Of a stretch of DNA of 64,000 bases, positions 10,664 through 21,628 are shown piece by piece. The DNA is taken from the NCBI GenBank assembly GCA_000002445.1, contig CM000208.1, forward strand, positions 1,312,001 through 1,376,000. The letters run 5' to 3'. A program made the translations under genes and the position numbers. A model generated the notes under the pieces. The model was not told the DNA's origin. It made no database searches and saw only the letters and a list, made by a program, of their open reading frames with translations. Position 1 is the stretch's first letter, and every line of letters begins with the position of its first letter. This DNA is from Trypanosoma brucei (lineage: Eukaryota).

Positions 10664-11449
10664 ATGCTACGTGGCACACGGCTCATGTTGATGATGCAGT
10701 TGCACTCTCTCCCAACGCCAAATCCTTCTTGTTACACTTTTCATATCCCATCATCCACGTACGACAACTTTATTCCGGATGGTCAGACATGCGATGTTGC
10801 GCATATGGGCCTTGCGTGGGTTCATCCGCTTAGTCAGGGTATCTTCGAACAGTACCCGCAGGAGGTAGCGAGTGTCTTCATTGCTCCCCGGCATACGTCC
10901 ATAACGGTACATCCCCACGTCGACTGGAATAAATTGGAGTGGAGTATCAGTTCTTTTATCGGGCATTACCTTGTCTTCACAAACGCATGCTTTCCTGCCG
11001 CAGCAGAATATGCTTTGCTTGAGGATGACCTTGTGATCCACGAGGATGACTCAGAGGTTTTGCAGTGCATTAAGGAGTTGGTGCGGGAACAGGTGCGCCC
11101 AATGGTTCAGCGTGACGGTGGTGACGTGAAACTCCTTAACTTCAACGAAAAAACAGGCGTTGTATCACTTGCTATGCTCGGTGCGTGCCGCACCTGTCCA
11201 TCATCACAAAACACGTTAAAGGATGGTGTGGAGCGACTATTGAAGCACTTCTTGCCGGAGGTGAAGGAAGTAGTGGAGGCGAAAGGGCATGCATTCTACG
11301 AGGAATACGGACTTTTGTTTGATTCGGAGAAGGCACTCCGCGAAGAAGCTGCTCGTGTAGACGCAGTGCGCCGGAGAAAAATTTCTATCTACACCACGGC
11401 GCCACTCATGCCTTTCGAGGCGTTGAATGAGCCCGATGGGGATGAGTGA
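10664..11449 (+). CDS. NFU1-type iron-sulfur cluster scaffold protein (261 aa)
   Basis: C-terminal Nfu domain with the CxxC motif in ...LAMLGACRTCPSSQNTLKDGVERLLKHFLPEV. The N-terminal part probably carries organellar targeting and an Nfu_N-like domain. The printed sequence and the ORF-track start differ by 1 nt near the ATG, so I kept the track coordinates. Confidence 0.75.
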   Translation: MLRGTRLMLMMQLHSLPTPNPSCYTFHIPSSTYDNFIPDGQTCDVAHMGLAWVHPLSQGIFEQYPQEVASVFIAPRHTSITVHPHVDWNKLEWSISSFIGHYLVFTNACFPAAAEYALLEDDLVIHEDDSEVLQCIKELVREQVRPMVQRDGGDVKLLNFNEKTGVVSLAMLGACRTCPSSQNTLKDGVERLLKHFLPEVKEVVEAKGHAFYEEYGLLFDSEKALREEAARVDAVRRRKISIYTTAPLMPFEALNEPDGDE

Positions 11450-11815
11450 GCGTTTAAGTAACTTGCAGTTTACTGTGCGTGAATCGGCGTCACTTCCCAC
11501 TGTTGCTCTCGCGGATGGTAGTCATAGTTTACCGTTTCGATTTATGACAGTTGAGTAGCAGCGCAGAGCGTATCAATATACTCTGGTTGTCATTTAGTGT
11601 ATTCGTTATTACTTGTATCTCCTTTCCCCTCCTTTTGCCTGGCATCACTGGCCCGCATACCGGAATGTTTCAACTTTAGTTGTGCTCTTTCTCGTCTCTT
11701 TAAACTATTTCACTCCGCTCCTTCCCCCCCTTTTTTCAAAAAAAACCTGTAAAACGTCATACTGCTATTTGTACATTAGTGTGGAGCCACGTGGAATTAA
11801 GAGAGGGAGCTAAGT

Positions 11816-12562
11816 ATGACACTGCGTACGCGCTTCGAGAGCTCTGACGATGTGGGTGTGTTTGCCCGCCTAACGAACGCGTATTGTCTTGTCGCGGCTG
11901 GTGCTTCACAGAACTTCTATTCCGTGTTTGAGCAGGAGTTGGCATCACATATTCCCGTTGTGTACACGTCGATTGGCGGTTCTCGCGTTGTGGGCCGTCT
12001 GACGATTGGAAACCGCCATGGTCTCGTCGTGCCATCCATCACCACTGACCAGGAGCTCCAACATCTGCGCAACTCCCTTCCTGATTCTGTGAAGGTGCAG
12101 ATGGTGGAAGAGCGGCTCAGTGCGTTAGGAAACTGCGTTGTATGCAATGACCACGTTGCACTTATCCACACGGATCTGAGTCGGGAGACGGAGGAAGTGA
12201 TTCGTGACACGCTGCAGGTGCAGACATTCCGTACATCCATTGCAGAGAATGCTCTGGTCGGTAGCTACGCAGCCGTGACGAATAAGGGTTGCATGGTGCA
12301 TCCAAAGACACCAGCACAAGATATGGATGAGATTGCTTCACTTCTGCAGGTCCCCGTGGTGGCTGGGACAATTAACCGCGGTAATGCAGCCATTGGCTCC
12401 GGTCTTGTGGTGAATGACTGGGCAGCGTTCTGTGGGCTCAACACCACTGCAACGGAAATAACAGTGGTGGAGCGCATCTTCCAGCTTCGTAGGGATTTAG
12501 GTGGGGATGAGTCGAACTTACTGCAGCAGTTGCGCGATACGTTGGTGGATGAACTGGCATAA
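11816..12562 (+). CDS. EIF6: Eukaryotic translation initiation factor 6 (eIF6), 248 aa
   Basis: ATG at 11816. Full-length similarity to eIF6: MTLRTRFESSDDVGVFARLTNAYCLVA..., and pentein-fold repeats such as SIGGSRVVGRLTIGNRHGLVVP. Confidence 0.9.
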   Translation: MTLRTRFESSDDVGVFARLTNAYCLVAAGASQNFYSVFEQELASHIPVVYTSIGGSRVVGRLTIGNRHGLVVPSITTDQELQHLRNSLPDSVKVQMVEERLSALGNCVVCNDHVALIHTDLSRETEEVIRDTLQVQTFRTSIAENALVGSYAAVTNKGCMVHPKTPAQDMDEIASLLQVPVVAGTINRGNAAIGSGLVVNDWAAFCGLNTTATEITVVERIFQLRRDLGGDESNLLQQLRDTLVDELA

Positions 12563-13218
12563 TGTGGTGTTAATCGTCGGGCGCATCCGAGACGAAGATA
12601 ATGGACAATTCATCTTTCGAAAGAACATTATCTGTTGTTCCGCTTCTCTTTTTAATAGTAATCAACACTAACGCGGGCTAAAGTACCGAGTCTTTAAACG
12701 TTTTTGTATTCTTCTCCCTTTCCTCCCTCCCCTCTTGTTTGTACGCGGGGAGAGATGCTTTGGACCAGAACGCGTTAGTGTGGGGGTTCAATCAACAACT
12801 CAATTGCGATATTTCACTTACCGGTATCATTTGTCTATTCTTCTATTCCTTTTCGATTTCTTCGTTAGTCGTCGTTTGATTTGCTTCTTTGACGAGGGGC
12901 AAAGAGTTGAAAAAGGAAGCAGCAACAAAGAAACGTAAAAAAAGACAGATTTATATATTGGCTCATAGGGGTTAATAAAGCACGTTATATTATTATTACC
13001 GTTGTTAGTGAAGAACTGAGAAGTATAGGTTATATACCACGCTGATCTACACCTATACTTTGTTCTCAACGAAAACTGTTTTACCACATCGCATCCGAAG
13101 TCACGAGGTAAAGGGGGTGGAGGTTTAATCTGACCAAAAAAGGAGTCAGGTTACAGGTAGTGGCAAGAGGAAGAAGTGGAGGTGGTGTCGACGCTACGGT
13201 AAATAAACTGAGTGTGTG

Positions 13219-15408
13219 ATGAGTCAGCGGTTCGGACCGTATCGAGTGGGGGAGACGATTGGACGCGGCACATTCGCTAAAGTGAAGATTGCAGTACATG
13301 AGCTAACGGACACAAAAGTTGCCCTTAAGATCATCCCCCGGAAGGTTATGGATGATTCCAAGTCCAGCACGAAACTGACGCGCGAAATTGGGATACTGCG
13401 TACGCTGCAGCATCCAAACATAATGAAACTCTACCAGGTGGTGCAAACCAAGCAGGATATTGTGCTGATACTGGAATATGTATCCGGTGGGGAGTTGTTT
13501 GATTATATATGCCAGCGGGGGCCGCTTGCTGAAGATGTTGTACGACACATCTTTCAGCAAATAGCAGCAGGTGTTGCATACTGTCACAGATACCGTGTCA
13601 TTCACCGTGATCTCAAACCAGAGAATATCCTGTTGGAGAAGAATACGAACACCGTGAAGATTGCTGACTTTGGTTTGTCGTCGTACACACACGATGGTCG
13701 CTTCTTAGAAACTAGCTGCGGCACACCAAACTATGCTTCACCGCAGGTGGTCAGTGGTGAGATGTATGCAGGACCCGATACAGATGTGTGGAGTTGTGGT
13801 GTAATTCTTTACACAATGTTGGTGGGCGCTCTTCCCTTCGAGGACACAAATGTGGCAGCACTCTTCCAAAAGATCAAAAGGGCGGAGTACCTGGTACCTG
13901 AAAGCGTGTCACCACAGGCACATGATCTTCTGCGGCGAATGCTGGTGGTAAACCCGCTTGAGCGCGCCACGATGGAGCAGGTAATTCAGCACCCATGGGT
14001 TCGGCCTCACTATCCCCCCTGTCTCCTGTCTTTGCACTATGATGCCATTCTTCACTCCATGCGCTTCGGCAAGTCACTGGAGCTATGTGGCGAGGAATTG
14101 GATGAAAAAGTAGTTGAGGATGTAGCGGAACTATTCGAGGTCCCTACTAGCGAGGTTGCTGCTGCTATTTCTAAATACGACAACAGCATGTCGGGGTTGT
14201 TTACGTCTAATACGGGCACTGACGGTGAAGCTGCGACACGGTACCCTGCCCAGTCCTTCTACGAGTCTTACGCAAACGCCGTGGACGTCAAGCATTGGCC
14301 GTCGCCGCTTGTTATTTCTCATGCGGAGAAGGCTCTTCGTGATAAGGAAAATAATATGTACGTGTCGTATCTTATATTGTTACAGCGCAAACAGCAGGAG
14401 ACTCCCCTCCAAGCACTTCCCTCTTCAGATCTAACAACTGACGCTGTGGGTTCTTTCTTCATGTCAATGGGCGTGAATCAGGGTTACGGCTCTCTTACCG
14501 CCAACTCTTTGCAACCAATGTCGCTGTTTGGAATATCTCTTCCTCAAAGTTTGGCGCCACAATCAAATGGAGATGCCCTACAACTTATGCAAAAGCAAGG
14601 CAACGTAACCTTTTGTGGTTCGCTTCCCGCGCATGTGCAAGCAGAGAAGCTGGAATTGGTGGAGATAGATGCTTATATGGAAAGCTATAATAAAGTAGTG
14701 GAACCGTTCATTCCATTATACTCCTCTACATCGAAGCGTACGCTTCTGGGTAAACTGTTTCGTGTGACTGAGATCCCAGTTTCTGTCAATTCTGATTTAT
14801 CTTCTTTGCGAGGGTCGTTCGCGTCCACTGTTGATGAGGAGCTCGGCGGTTCACTCATCAGGTCAATGGTCGGTTCCCGTTCAGCTCCTGCCTCATCTCA
14901 CAGAGATCCTAACCGGCTCCTTCGGCCTCTGTCCTCCACGAAGAAACAAAAAATCAGTAAAACCACAGCGGAGAAAAGTAGGGCAAAGCGGGTTGACACC
15001 GCAGGATCCGCAGCGGGAAAGTCATCGGAAGTACTTCAGTGCAATGTGGTTGCTAAACCTGGTTTTAATGGTTATATGCACAACGGTGTGCGGTTTGTCA
15101 ACATAGACGCGGCAGCGACGTTGCGCTGTGTATACAGCTCTCTGAAAGCTGAGGGGCTGCTATGGAAACAAATACGTCCTTTTTATCTTGCGGCCGTCAT
15201 GCACCCGTGTGTAAAACTACAGGTGAGGATTTTTAGGATCCAGGCAAATGACCAAGTAGTTGATGTGAGAGTGTCATCGCAGAGTGGAATGATGGGTTGC
15301 GTGACGGCTGCAAAACTCATAGATCGGTTGTGGAGTAAAGCTGTGGCCCTTACGCCTGTAAAGGTAGAAGAGGGACCACGGTTGGGTAAGTTCACCGTAT
15401 GCACTTGA
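13219..15408 (+). CDS. SNF1/AMPK-alpha-like serine/threonine kinase with a C-terminal regulatory (KA1-like) region, about 729 aa
   Basis: The track ORF starts at a GTG at 13216; the first ATG is at 13219. N-terminal kinase domain: GRGTFAKVK, HRDLKPENILL, DFGLS, GTPNYASPQ; CAMK/AMPK-like. The long C-terminal extension ends in a domain resembling AMPK-alpha C-terminal / KA1. Possibly AMPK alpha1 by recollection of gene order; unverified. Confidence 0.8.
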   Translation: MSQRFGPYRVGETIGRGTFAKVKIAVHELTDTKVALKIIPRKVMDDSKSSTKLTREIGILRTLQHPNIMKLYQVVQTKQDIVLILEYVSGGELFDYICQRGPLAEDVVRHIFQQIAAGVAYCHRYRVIHRDLKPENILLEKNTNTVKIADFGLSSYTHDGRFLETSCGTPNYASPQVVSGEMYAGPDTDVWSCGVILYTMLVGALPFEDTNVAALFQKIKRAEYLVPESVSPQAHDLLRRMLVVNPLERATMEQVIQHPWVRPHYPPCLLSLHYDAILHSMRFGKSLELCGEELDEKVVEDVAELFEVPTSEVAAAISKYDNSMSGLFTSNTGTDGEAATRYPAQSFYESYANAVDVKHWPSPLVISHAEKALRDKENNMYVSYLILLQRKQQETPLQALPSSDLTTDAVGSFFMSMGVNQGYGSLTANSLQPMSLFGISLPQSLAPQSNGDALQLMQKQGNVTFCGSLPAHVQAEKLELVEIDAYMESYNKVVEPFIPLYSSTSKRTLLGKLFRVTEIPVSVNSDLSSLRGSFASTVDEELGGSLIRSMVGSRSAPASSHRDPNRLLRPLSSTKKQKISKTTAEKSRAKRVDTAGSAAGKSSEVLQCNVVAKPGFNGYMHNGVRFVNIDAAATLRCVYSSLKAEGLLWKQIRPFYLAAVMHPCVKLQVRIFRIQANDQVVDVRVSSQSGMMGCVTAAKLIDRLWSKAVALTPVKVEEGPRLGKFTVCT

Positions 15409-16375
15409 TGTGAGTGACAGTTTTTGTTACTTCACTCCCCTATTTCTTTCCATACTTTTTTCCTTTTTTTGAAAAGAAAAGCACTTGACTTTGCTTACTC
15501 GTTTCTCACTTTGTTTTGCTTCAAATGGCCGTGTTTTACGATCGGGAAGGTTGTGTGCATTTATCACTACCGATTTTTCTCTTTTTATTTCTTTAGTTTT
15601 TGTTATTTTTGTTTTGTAGTATGTGGAGATGCAGGTGATCTCCAAACGGGTCATTTTTTTTTTTGAGTTCTTGTGTTTACTTATAACTAATGCATTACGA
15701 GAGGGAAGCTCAAGAAAAAGTAGATTCAAGTAGCGAAACCAAAGAAAGGACGTGACAGTGGTGGGAAAGAAAATAGATCAGTTAGTGAAAGGAACATACG
15801 AGTGAACTAACGGTTTTACGTTGGGGGAAAAATATTATGTGAAATAGGAAAATCAGGTGAATACAAACGTGCTTGTGCGCTTTTTTTCTTTGTTATTTAT
15901 CTTTACCCAATATTTGACGGCAACTCGATTCGGGTGGTTCGACGTTGGATCGTAGGGGGTTGTGAGGGTCAGTAGTTCCTCTTTTTCGTTTCTTTTCTTC
16001 TCTTGTTAATGCTATTTCTTTTTATGTGACATGCGAGTGTTGACTTCCGTTTTCTTTTACTTTTTTCTCTTCTTTTTTTTTTTCGTTGGGTTTAATTTAA
16101 CCGGGGGTTGGGTTGTTGTCTTCCTTCATTACAATTGTCATTGTCATTATGGTCCCTTGATCAACATTGCCCTCGGCGTTGGTGTTGCTCCTATTCAAAC
16201 TTTGTTTCTTCACTTTTCGTTTATCCTGCGGTTATTTCGCATTCTGTTTCGTTTCTTATCGCCCTCCCCCTCCCAACCCCCATCCCGGTGCTCAGCTTTT
16301 GAAAGGGAGATAAATATCATTTGTGTTAACAATGACAGACGTAATGAGTGAACGAACGAATTATTTTTGGGAAAC

Positions 16376-16407
16376 GTGTGCGTGTGTGTGTGTGTGTGTG
16401 TATGTGG
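16376..16407. repeat. (GT)n microsatellite in intergenic region
   Basis: gtgtgcgtgtgtgtgtgtgtgtgtgtatgtgg. Confidence 0.9.
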
Positions 16408-16681
16408 TAATGTATGCGTCATAACTAAGGCTGAGGGCGTTTACTTCGCTTTTTCTTTAGGTCTTTTTTTTTTGTTGCGTATCCTTCTCCCACTTGAGAC
16501 TATTTTTTTTACTCAAAGGAGGAAGACGGAAATGTTCGGAAGGAAGTTGTGGGTGGAAGAGATAGTAGTGAAGAGGAACCGGTCTCAAATGAAATTTGGA
16601 AATGTGTGCCATCCCCGTTTTTGGGCCTGTGCGTAACATATTTGCTCTCATAAATGATGCTAACATATGAGTACATATATG

Positions 16682-16682
<1 letters not shown>

Positions 16683-16729
<47 letters not shown>
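16683..16729. repeat. Compound (TA)8(TG)13 microsatellite in intergenic region
   Basis: tatatatatatatatatgtatgtgtgtgtgtgtgtgtgtgtgtgtgtg. Confidence 0.9.
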
Positions 16730-16732
<3 letters not shown>

Positions 16733-17492
16733 TTACATATTCGGTAGTTTGTTACTTTGAGCTTTTACTCCCTTCATTTAATGTCTTGTTGTGGTAGTAG
16801 CAAACAATTGTGCACAACTCCGCTGGTCCCTGCAACTGGTGACATTTCTTTCCACTCCCCCCATGCTATTAAGTAAATATATATATTTATTTAATTTGTG
16901 GTCTTTTTCCCCATCTTGTCGTGTATGTGTGTGCGTGTTTGTAACTGGGAGTCGGAAATGGTAGTCGAGTTCCTCTACGCCGGTTCTTTCAGTTTGCAAA
17001 AGAAACTTTTTTTTTTTGCTACGGCCACTGGTGTTTTAACTTGTGTGTCCCCCCTCTATTTATTTTCATCTTTCTGTATCCCCAATATCACACCCTTTTT
17101 AAAAAAATTCCTACCCCTATTTCTCCTTATTTTTTTCTCCCTAGTTGCTTTATACCTCCCATTTTTTTTCCTGCGGCACTACGACTACTCATATATTTTT
17201 TCTTCGTTCTCTTTCTAAACTGTGCTTTTCTTACTGCCGTCACCACCTTCGAATTCATGCGCGTAGTTTCTTGCTTCATTTTTTTTTTTTGAAGTGCATG
17301 ACTTTCATTAGTGTGCCTGTGTTTAGTTGAGTCTGACGACTGCGCCCTTCGTTACTGAAGGGTAACCCTGATTGCTGTTGTGTGCGTGTGTGGATTGTGG
17401 TGTAGGGAAGAGTAGGAAGGAAAGCGATCGTTTGCGCCCTGTAGATTTGTACAGCACGTTGAACTGTTGAGCTTTGTGAAATTCGCCAATTT

Positions 17493-19283
17493 ATGCGGAA
17501 CTCGCTCATTCAGCATACGCGAAACCTGTCAGCGACAAAGCAAATCACGGGGATTGTCTGCGACCACGTGGATGTCTTCACTTGGGGCCACTCCCCTCCT
17601 GAACAGCACGGCAATAAGTTTTCCTCAGGGAAAGCAACAGCGCCATTCTACAATGCGGGACAAAGGCGCTGCACACTCTGTGATGACCGTCTAGAAACTT
17701 CCTTCTCTGCTCACTGCGGCTACGTGGGGCATGTGGCGCGAGTGGGTATACTGGAGCGTGCAATGGAAATACTACAAAAGGGGGAAAAACGTGCGGCGAA
17801 TGGAAAGAGTGGTGGTTTAGGTGGAAAAATAACAGATTTAGATGAAAGCATTAAGGCACTTGTGGGCACCTGGTGGTCTCGATTAAATGATACAAAGCGG
17901 GAACCGGCACTCGACTACAAGCGCATACCATCACTCAGCGCATCTACGACGAAAAAGCGATTGTGGCGTATGCGTTTCCTGCTGCAGTATTTGCGTGATA
18001 GAGGTATTATCCGCTACAGTTTGACTCCGGCAAAGGTAGCTGGCGCGGGAGATAACGCGTTTGTACGATCTGCCCGTTTCGAGAGAAGTGAGATGATTGG
18101 AGATAACATTGTAAAAGTTGTGGTCCCTGACCGCTTAGTTCGGCTCTTCCCTGCGGATGAGGGCGGTGTGACATATAAATTGGCTTCTATTCAACAACTG
18201 CTTGACAGTAATGAGGGATTATTGGAAATATACGACTATCTTGGCCTCAACAACATCATCGGCGTGAGGCTTCCAAACAACAAGACGAAGTCAGACGTTG
18301 TGGAGGCTTTGTTTGGTGAACTGCAGACATTTCTTTGGGCAAGCGAGTTGTCCTGTGGGTCGTGCCAGTACCCCGCATTTCCTACTGCTGAGCACCGTTA
18401 TGTGCGCGCGTTAGTTGATCACTTATTGAATGAGCTTACGCATATGGTTATTATGTGGCGTGTTGAGAGCACCCTCGAGAACTCTAAGGAATATCTTGCC
18501 AAGTACCTTCTACAGGGCGCACGTCAAAATGGTAGTTTTTCTACTAGTGCTAGTGGTGCTACAATCGTAAAGGAGGTGGATTGTGACCGTTCCCGCTACG
18601 CTGTCTTGCCGCTGCTTTTGACGTTTCCTTACTCGACATCATCTGCCAATAAATCAGCGGGAGGAAAGCAGCCACCGCTTCAATCTTCGAGTTTGGCTGC
18701 AGCGAAAAGTGTGCAGGAAAGAGGGACGCCGCGGATGTTGTTTACCTCACCAGTAGCTATGCCAGCCGTTTTGCATTCGCATTACAACCCACCCCTTCGT
18801 ATTGTGCGAACCATTAAGGATTATCAGCGTGAGATTTTAACGGTACTCGAAGAGGAGGAAGTTGTGTCTGCATTAATCCCTTGTACAGATTCTTCGTGGG
18901 GGATGAAAGAGGGAAATATGAATTCGCGGGAAACTGGGAGGAGGAAACCGCCACATGGGCAGATCCGCGCCCCATGGCACGAGTTGGCACTGGAAAAATA
19001 TCCAAGATGGCGGTGTGACACTGAAGAAGCGGTGGTACGCCAAGCCTTGGAGCTTCGACTCATGCAGCGGAAGGTTTACACCAAAGAGACCAATTGGAGG
19101 GCATTAACTACCGCCATGGCTCAACGTCTCCTTCCGAATTCCCCATTGGAAGTAGATCCAGTAGGTGTACGGCCTGTTAGACAAACCGGAAGGTTGCTGT
19201 TGACTTTTGAAGGGACTACTGAGCGTAGAGCGGCACTCGCTACTAGCATGTGTTTTCCGTCGCTAGCACAATCGGCCGGCTGA
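17493..19283 (+). CDS. RNA-editing endonuclease-like protein: U1-type C2H2 zinc finger plus RNase III domain (596 aa); KREN3/KREPB2-like
   Basis: ATG at 17493. Zinc finger CTLCDDRLETSFSAHCGYVGH (C-x2-C-x10-H-x5-H). RNase III signature FERSEMIGDNIVKVV with the acidic residues intact. Paralogous to the ORF at 55839. The assignment to editosome endonuclease KREN3 comes from architecture and remembered gene order; unverified. Confidence 0.7.
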   Translation: MRNSLIQHTRNLSATKQITGIVCDHVDVFTWGHSPPEQHGNKFSSGKATAPFYNAGQRRCTLCDDRLETSFSAHCGYVGHVARVGILERAMEILQKGEKRAANGKSGGLGGKITDLDESIKALVGTWWSRLNDTKREPALDYKRIPSLSASTTKKRLWRMRFLLQYLRDRGIIRYSLTPAKVAGAGDNAFVRSARFERSEMIGDNIVKVVVPDRLVRLFPADEGGVTYKLASIQQLLDSNEGLLEIYDYLGLNNIIGVRLPNNKTKSDVVEALFGELQTFLWASELSCGSCQYPAFPTAEHRYVRALVDHLLNELTHMVIMWRVESTLENSKEYLAKYLLQGARQNGSFSTSASGATIVKEVDCDRSRYAVLPLLLTFPYSTSSANKSAGGKQPPLQSSSLAAAKSVQERGTPRMLFTSPVAMPAVLHSHYNPPLRIVRTIKDYQREILTVLEEEEVVSALIPCTDSSWGMKEGNMNSRETGRRKPPHGQIRAPWHELALEKYPRWRCDTEEAVVRQALELRLMQRKVYTKETNWRALTTAMAQRLLPNSPLEVDPVGVRPVRQTGRLLLTFEGTTERRAALATSMCFPSLAQSAG

Positions 19284-19977
19284 ATCGTCATTGGAGGTTT
19301 GCTTATACCTGCGCTTTGGCTTCTTTCTGCGAAATACTTTCACCGGTGCGCTTTTGGCTTCGGTTTTTCCTCTGTGTGGAGTGACGGCATTTGTTAACGA
19401 GCTGTGTTTGCCCTGCACCGAGCATTAAATTTATGGACTCGCCAGAGTTGCGCGTGCAGGGGAGTTGCTTAACTGTCAATTTAGTTACTGGATCCCCTAA
19501 ACTGAATTGTTTGGCGCTCCGCACGTTTTGTCACGCATAGGTGGTTATGGCGGTTCGTTGCTCGTGAAAATTTCACCTCTGTGAAGGAAAACTTGTGGAA
19601 CCACCGCTCTTCCTGAAAGATGCCACTTTCTCCTCCCTGTGGATGATCAGTGGTTGAATTGTAGATATTGAAAGCATCTATATGGCTTTATTGCGAGCGG
19701 AGTGCTCTGAAGAGGGAGTTGTGACCGGTGGGGCAAGCGGCGCCCTGTTCAGGTAACATTCCTTGTTACTTTTCCCTATCATGTCGTGGACTTGCTGGGC
19801 TGCTCGTTGTTCTTTTTTTGTTGTTCCGAAGTGTGAGAAAGGAGGATAGTGGGAAACCATTTAGCAAGACTTCTTGTCGTATTCCGATGGCTGCGGTGAT
19901 GGTCCACGGGGGGCCGCTTGTTGGTGTGAGCGGTGGTATACCACTGTCGTGTTTTATTATTTAAGTGGTTTCTCTTT

Positions 19978-20020
19978 GTTTTCGTTTGACTTGGCTTCTT
20001 TTTTTTTTTTTATAGGACGC
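19978..20020 (+). promoter_or_regulatory. Poly(T)/pyrimidine tract upstream of the first S18 gene (candidate trans-splice acceptor region)
   Basis: ctctttgttttcgtttgacttggcttctttttttttttttat, about 130 nt upstream of the ATG at 20146. Confidence 0.45.
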
Positions 20021-20145
20021 CTCACTTTTTAAGTGGAGGGTGTCGTATCCACTAACCCTTCCCCGCTGATCTCAGTTTCGCTGTTCATCACTTTCTGTTT
20101 CACATCCAATACTTCTTGTACTCATAATAAAGGCACCTAGACGTA

Positions 20146-20607
20146 ATGTCTTTAACCCTCCAGAGCGAAAGCTTCCAGCACATTGTGCGTCTCCTCAACA
20201 CGAACGTTGAGGGCAAACGCAAGGTCCCCTTTGCACTACGGATGGTGAAAGGTATTGGTATCCGTTTCGCATACATGGTCTGCAAAAAGGCTGGTGTTGA
20301 TGTTGAGCGCCGTGCTGGTACGCTGTCACCTGAGGAGCTTGAGAAAATCTCTGAGGTGATCGCCGATCCCGCGAAGTTCAAAATCCCCGAGTGGTTCCTG
20401 AATCGTCAGCGCGACCCTAAAACTGGAAAGACGGAGCACCTGACTAGCTCGATGGTGGATACACGCTTGCGTGAGGACCTGGAACGGCTGAGGAAGATCC
20501 GTGCGCACCGTGGTGTTCGTCACGCCTATGGTCTGCGCGTTCGTGGTCAGCATACTTGCACGTCTGGCCGCCGTGGTAAGACTGTCGGTGTGTCCCGCAC
20601 CAAGTAG
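20146..20607 (+). CDS. RPS18: 40S ribosomal protein S18 (uS13), copy 1, 153 aa
   Basis: ATG at 20146. Full-length match to eukaryotic S18: ...[37 protein letters not shown]...[13 protein letters not shown]... Confidence 0.95.
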   Translation: MSLTLQSESFQHIVRLLNTNVEGKRKVPFALRMVKGIGIRFAYMVCKKAGVDVERRAGTLSPEELEKISEVIADPAKFKIPEWFLNRQRDPKTGKTEHLTSSMVDTRLREDLERLRKIRAHRGVRHAYGLRVRGQHTCTSGRRGKTVGVSRTK

Positions 20608-20864
20608 GCGTAGGAACTCCACCTTAGGAAAGGCTGCCAAGAAAACTACCGTGTTTCATATTATTTCTTTTCTTTTTACTGAATTTTAAACATGTTCGGT
20701 GCCGCGACGCCACCGCTGGCTTTTTGCTAACGTAGTACACTATTCGGAAATATATTTAATGCTTGACCCCTGTTATACCACGCTTGTTCGTTCATTTCCG
20801 CCTTTTCCTCATTTTTGTTACTACTATATCTAACAACTATAATAACTTTAAGCAGGCAAACATA

Positions 20865-21326
20865 ATGTCTTTAACCCTCCAGAGCGAAAGCTTCCAGCAC
20901 ATTGTGCGTCTCCTCAACACGAACGTTGAGGGCAAACGCAAGGTCCCCTTTGCACTACGGATGGTGAAAGGTATTGGTATCCGTTTCGCATACATGGTCT
21001 GCAAAAAGGCTGGTGTTGATGTTGAGCGCCGTGCTGGTACGCTGTCACCTGAGGAACTTGAGAAAATCTCTGAGGTGATCGCCGATCCCGCGAAGTTCAA
21101 AATCCCCGAGTGGTTCCTGAATCGTCAGCGCGACCCTAAAACTGGAAAGACGGAGCACCTGACTAGCTCGATGGTGGATACACGCTTGCGTGAGGACCTG
21201 GAACGGCTGAGGAAGATCCGTGCGCACCGTGGTGTTCGTCACGCCTATGGTCTGCGCGTTCGTGGTCAGCATACTTGCACGTCTGGTCGCCGTGGTAAGA
21301 CTGTCGGTGTGTCCCGCACCAAGTAG
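20865..21326 (+). CDS. RPS18: 40S ribosomal protein S18 (uS13), copy 2, 153 aa (identical protein)
   Basis: The track ORF begins upstream at 20763, but homology begins at the internal ATG at 20865. The protein is identical to copy 1 and the nucleotide differences are only synonymous (for example gagctt versus gaactt). Confidence 0.9.
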   Translation: MSLTLQSESFQHIVRLLNTNVEGKRKVPFALRMVKGIGIRFAYMVCKKAGVDVERRAGTLSPEELEKISEVIADPAKFKIPEWFLNRQRDPKTGKTEHLTSSMVDTRLREDLERLRKIRAHRGVRHAYGLRVRGQHTCTSGRRGKTVGVSRTK

Positions 21327-21628
21327 GCGTAGGAACTCCACCATAGGAAGTATTGTTTGTCATGCTTTTATTCGTGGTTGTTGTCTCTTTTTTCTGTTTT
21401 CATGACTTGGTTTAATTTGTTGTAGGAACCACCTCGTCAGTATCTGGTGGAAGACCCCATGTATCACATTGTCTACCGTTGGTTTTATCACTTTAAAAAT
21501 CTCTTTCATTTTCTATCACCCCTCGGTTTGACATAATCGCTGCGCACTATTCTTATTGTTCGCGCGGTGAAGTGTGTCAACGTTGTGTTTCTGTAGTATT
21601 ACGTTGTGAGGAATTGTATTCCCCGAGA

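Noticed and set aside
16367-16636. ORF encoding MGNVCVCVCVCVCGNVCV...
   Set aside because: A translation of the (GT)n microsatellite, not a gene.
21572-21628. N-terminal extension of the dynein ORF (MCQRCVSVVLRCEELYSPR)
   Set aside because: The first codon is GTG, which is not a eukaryotic initiator. The first ATG is at 21629.
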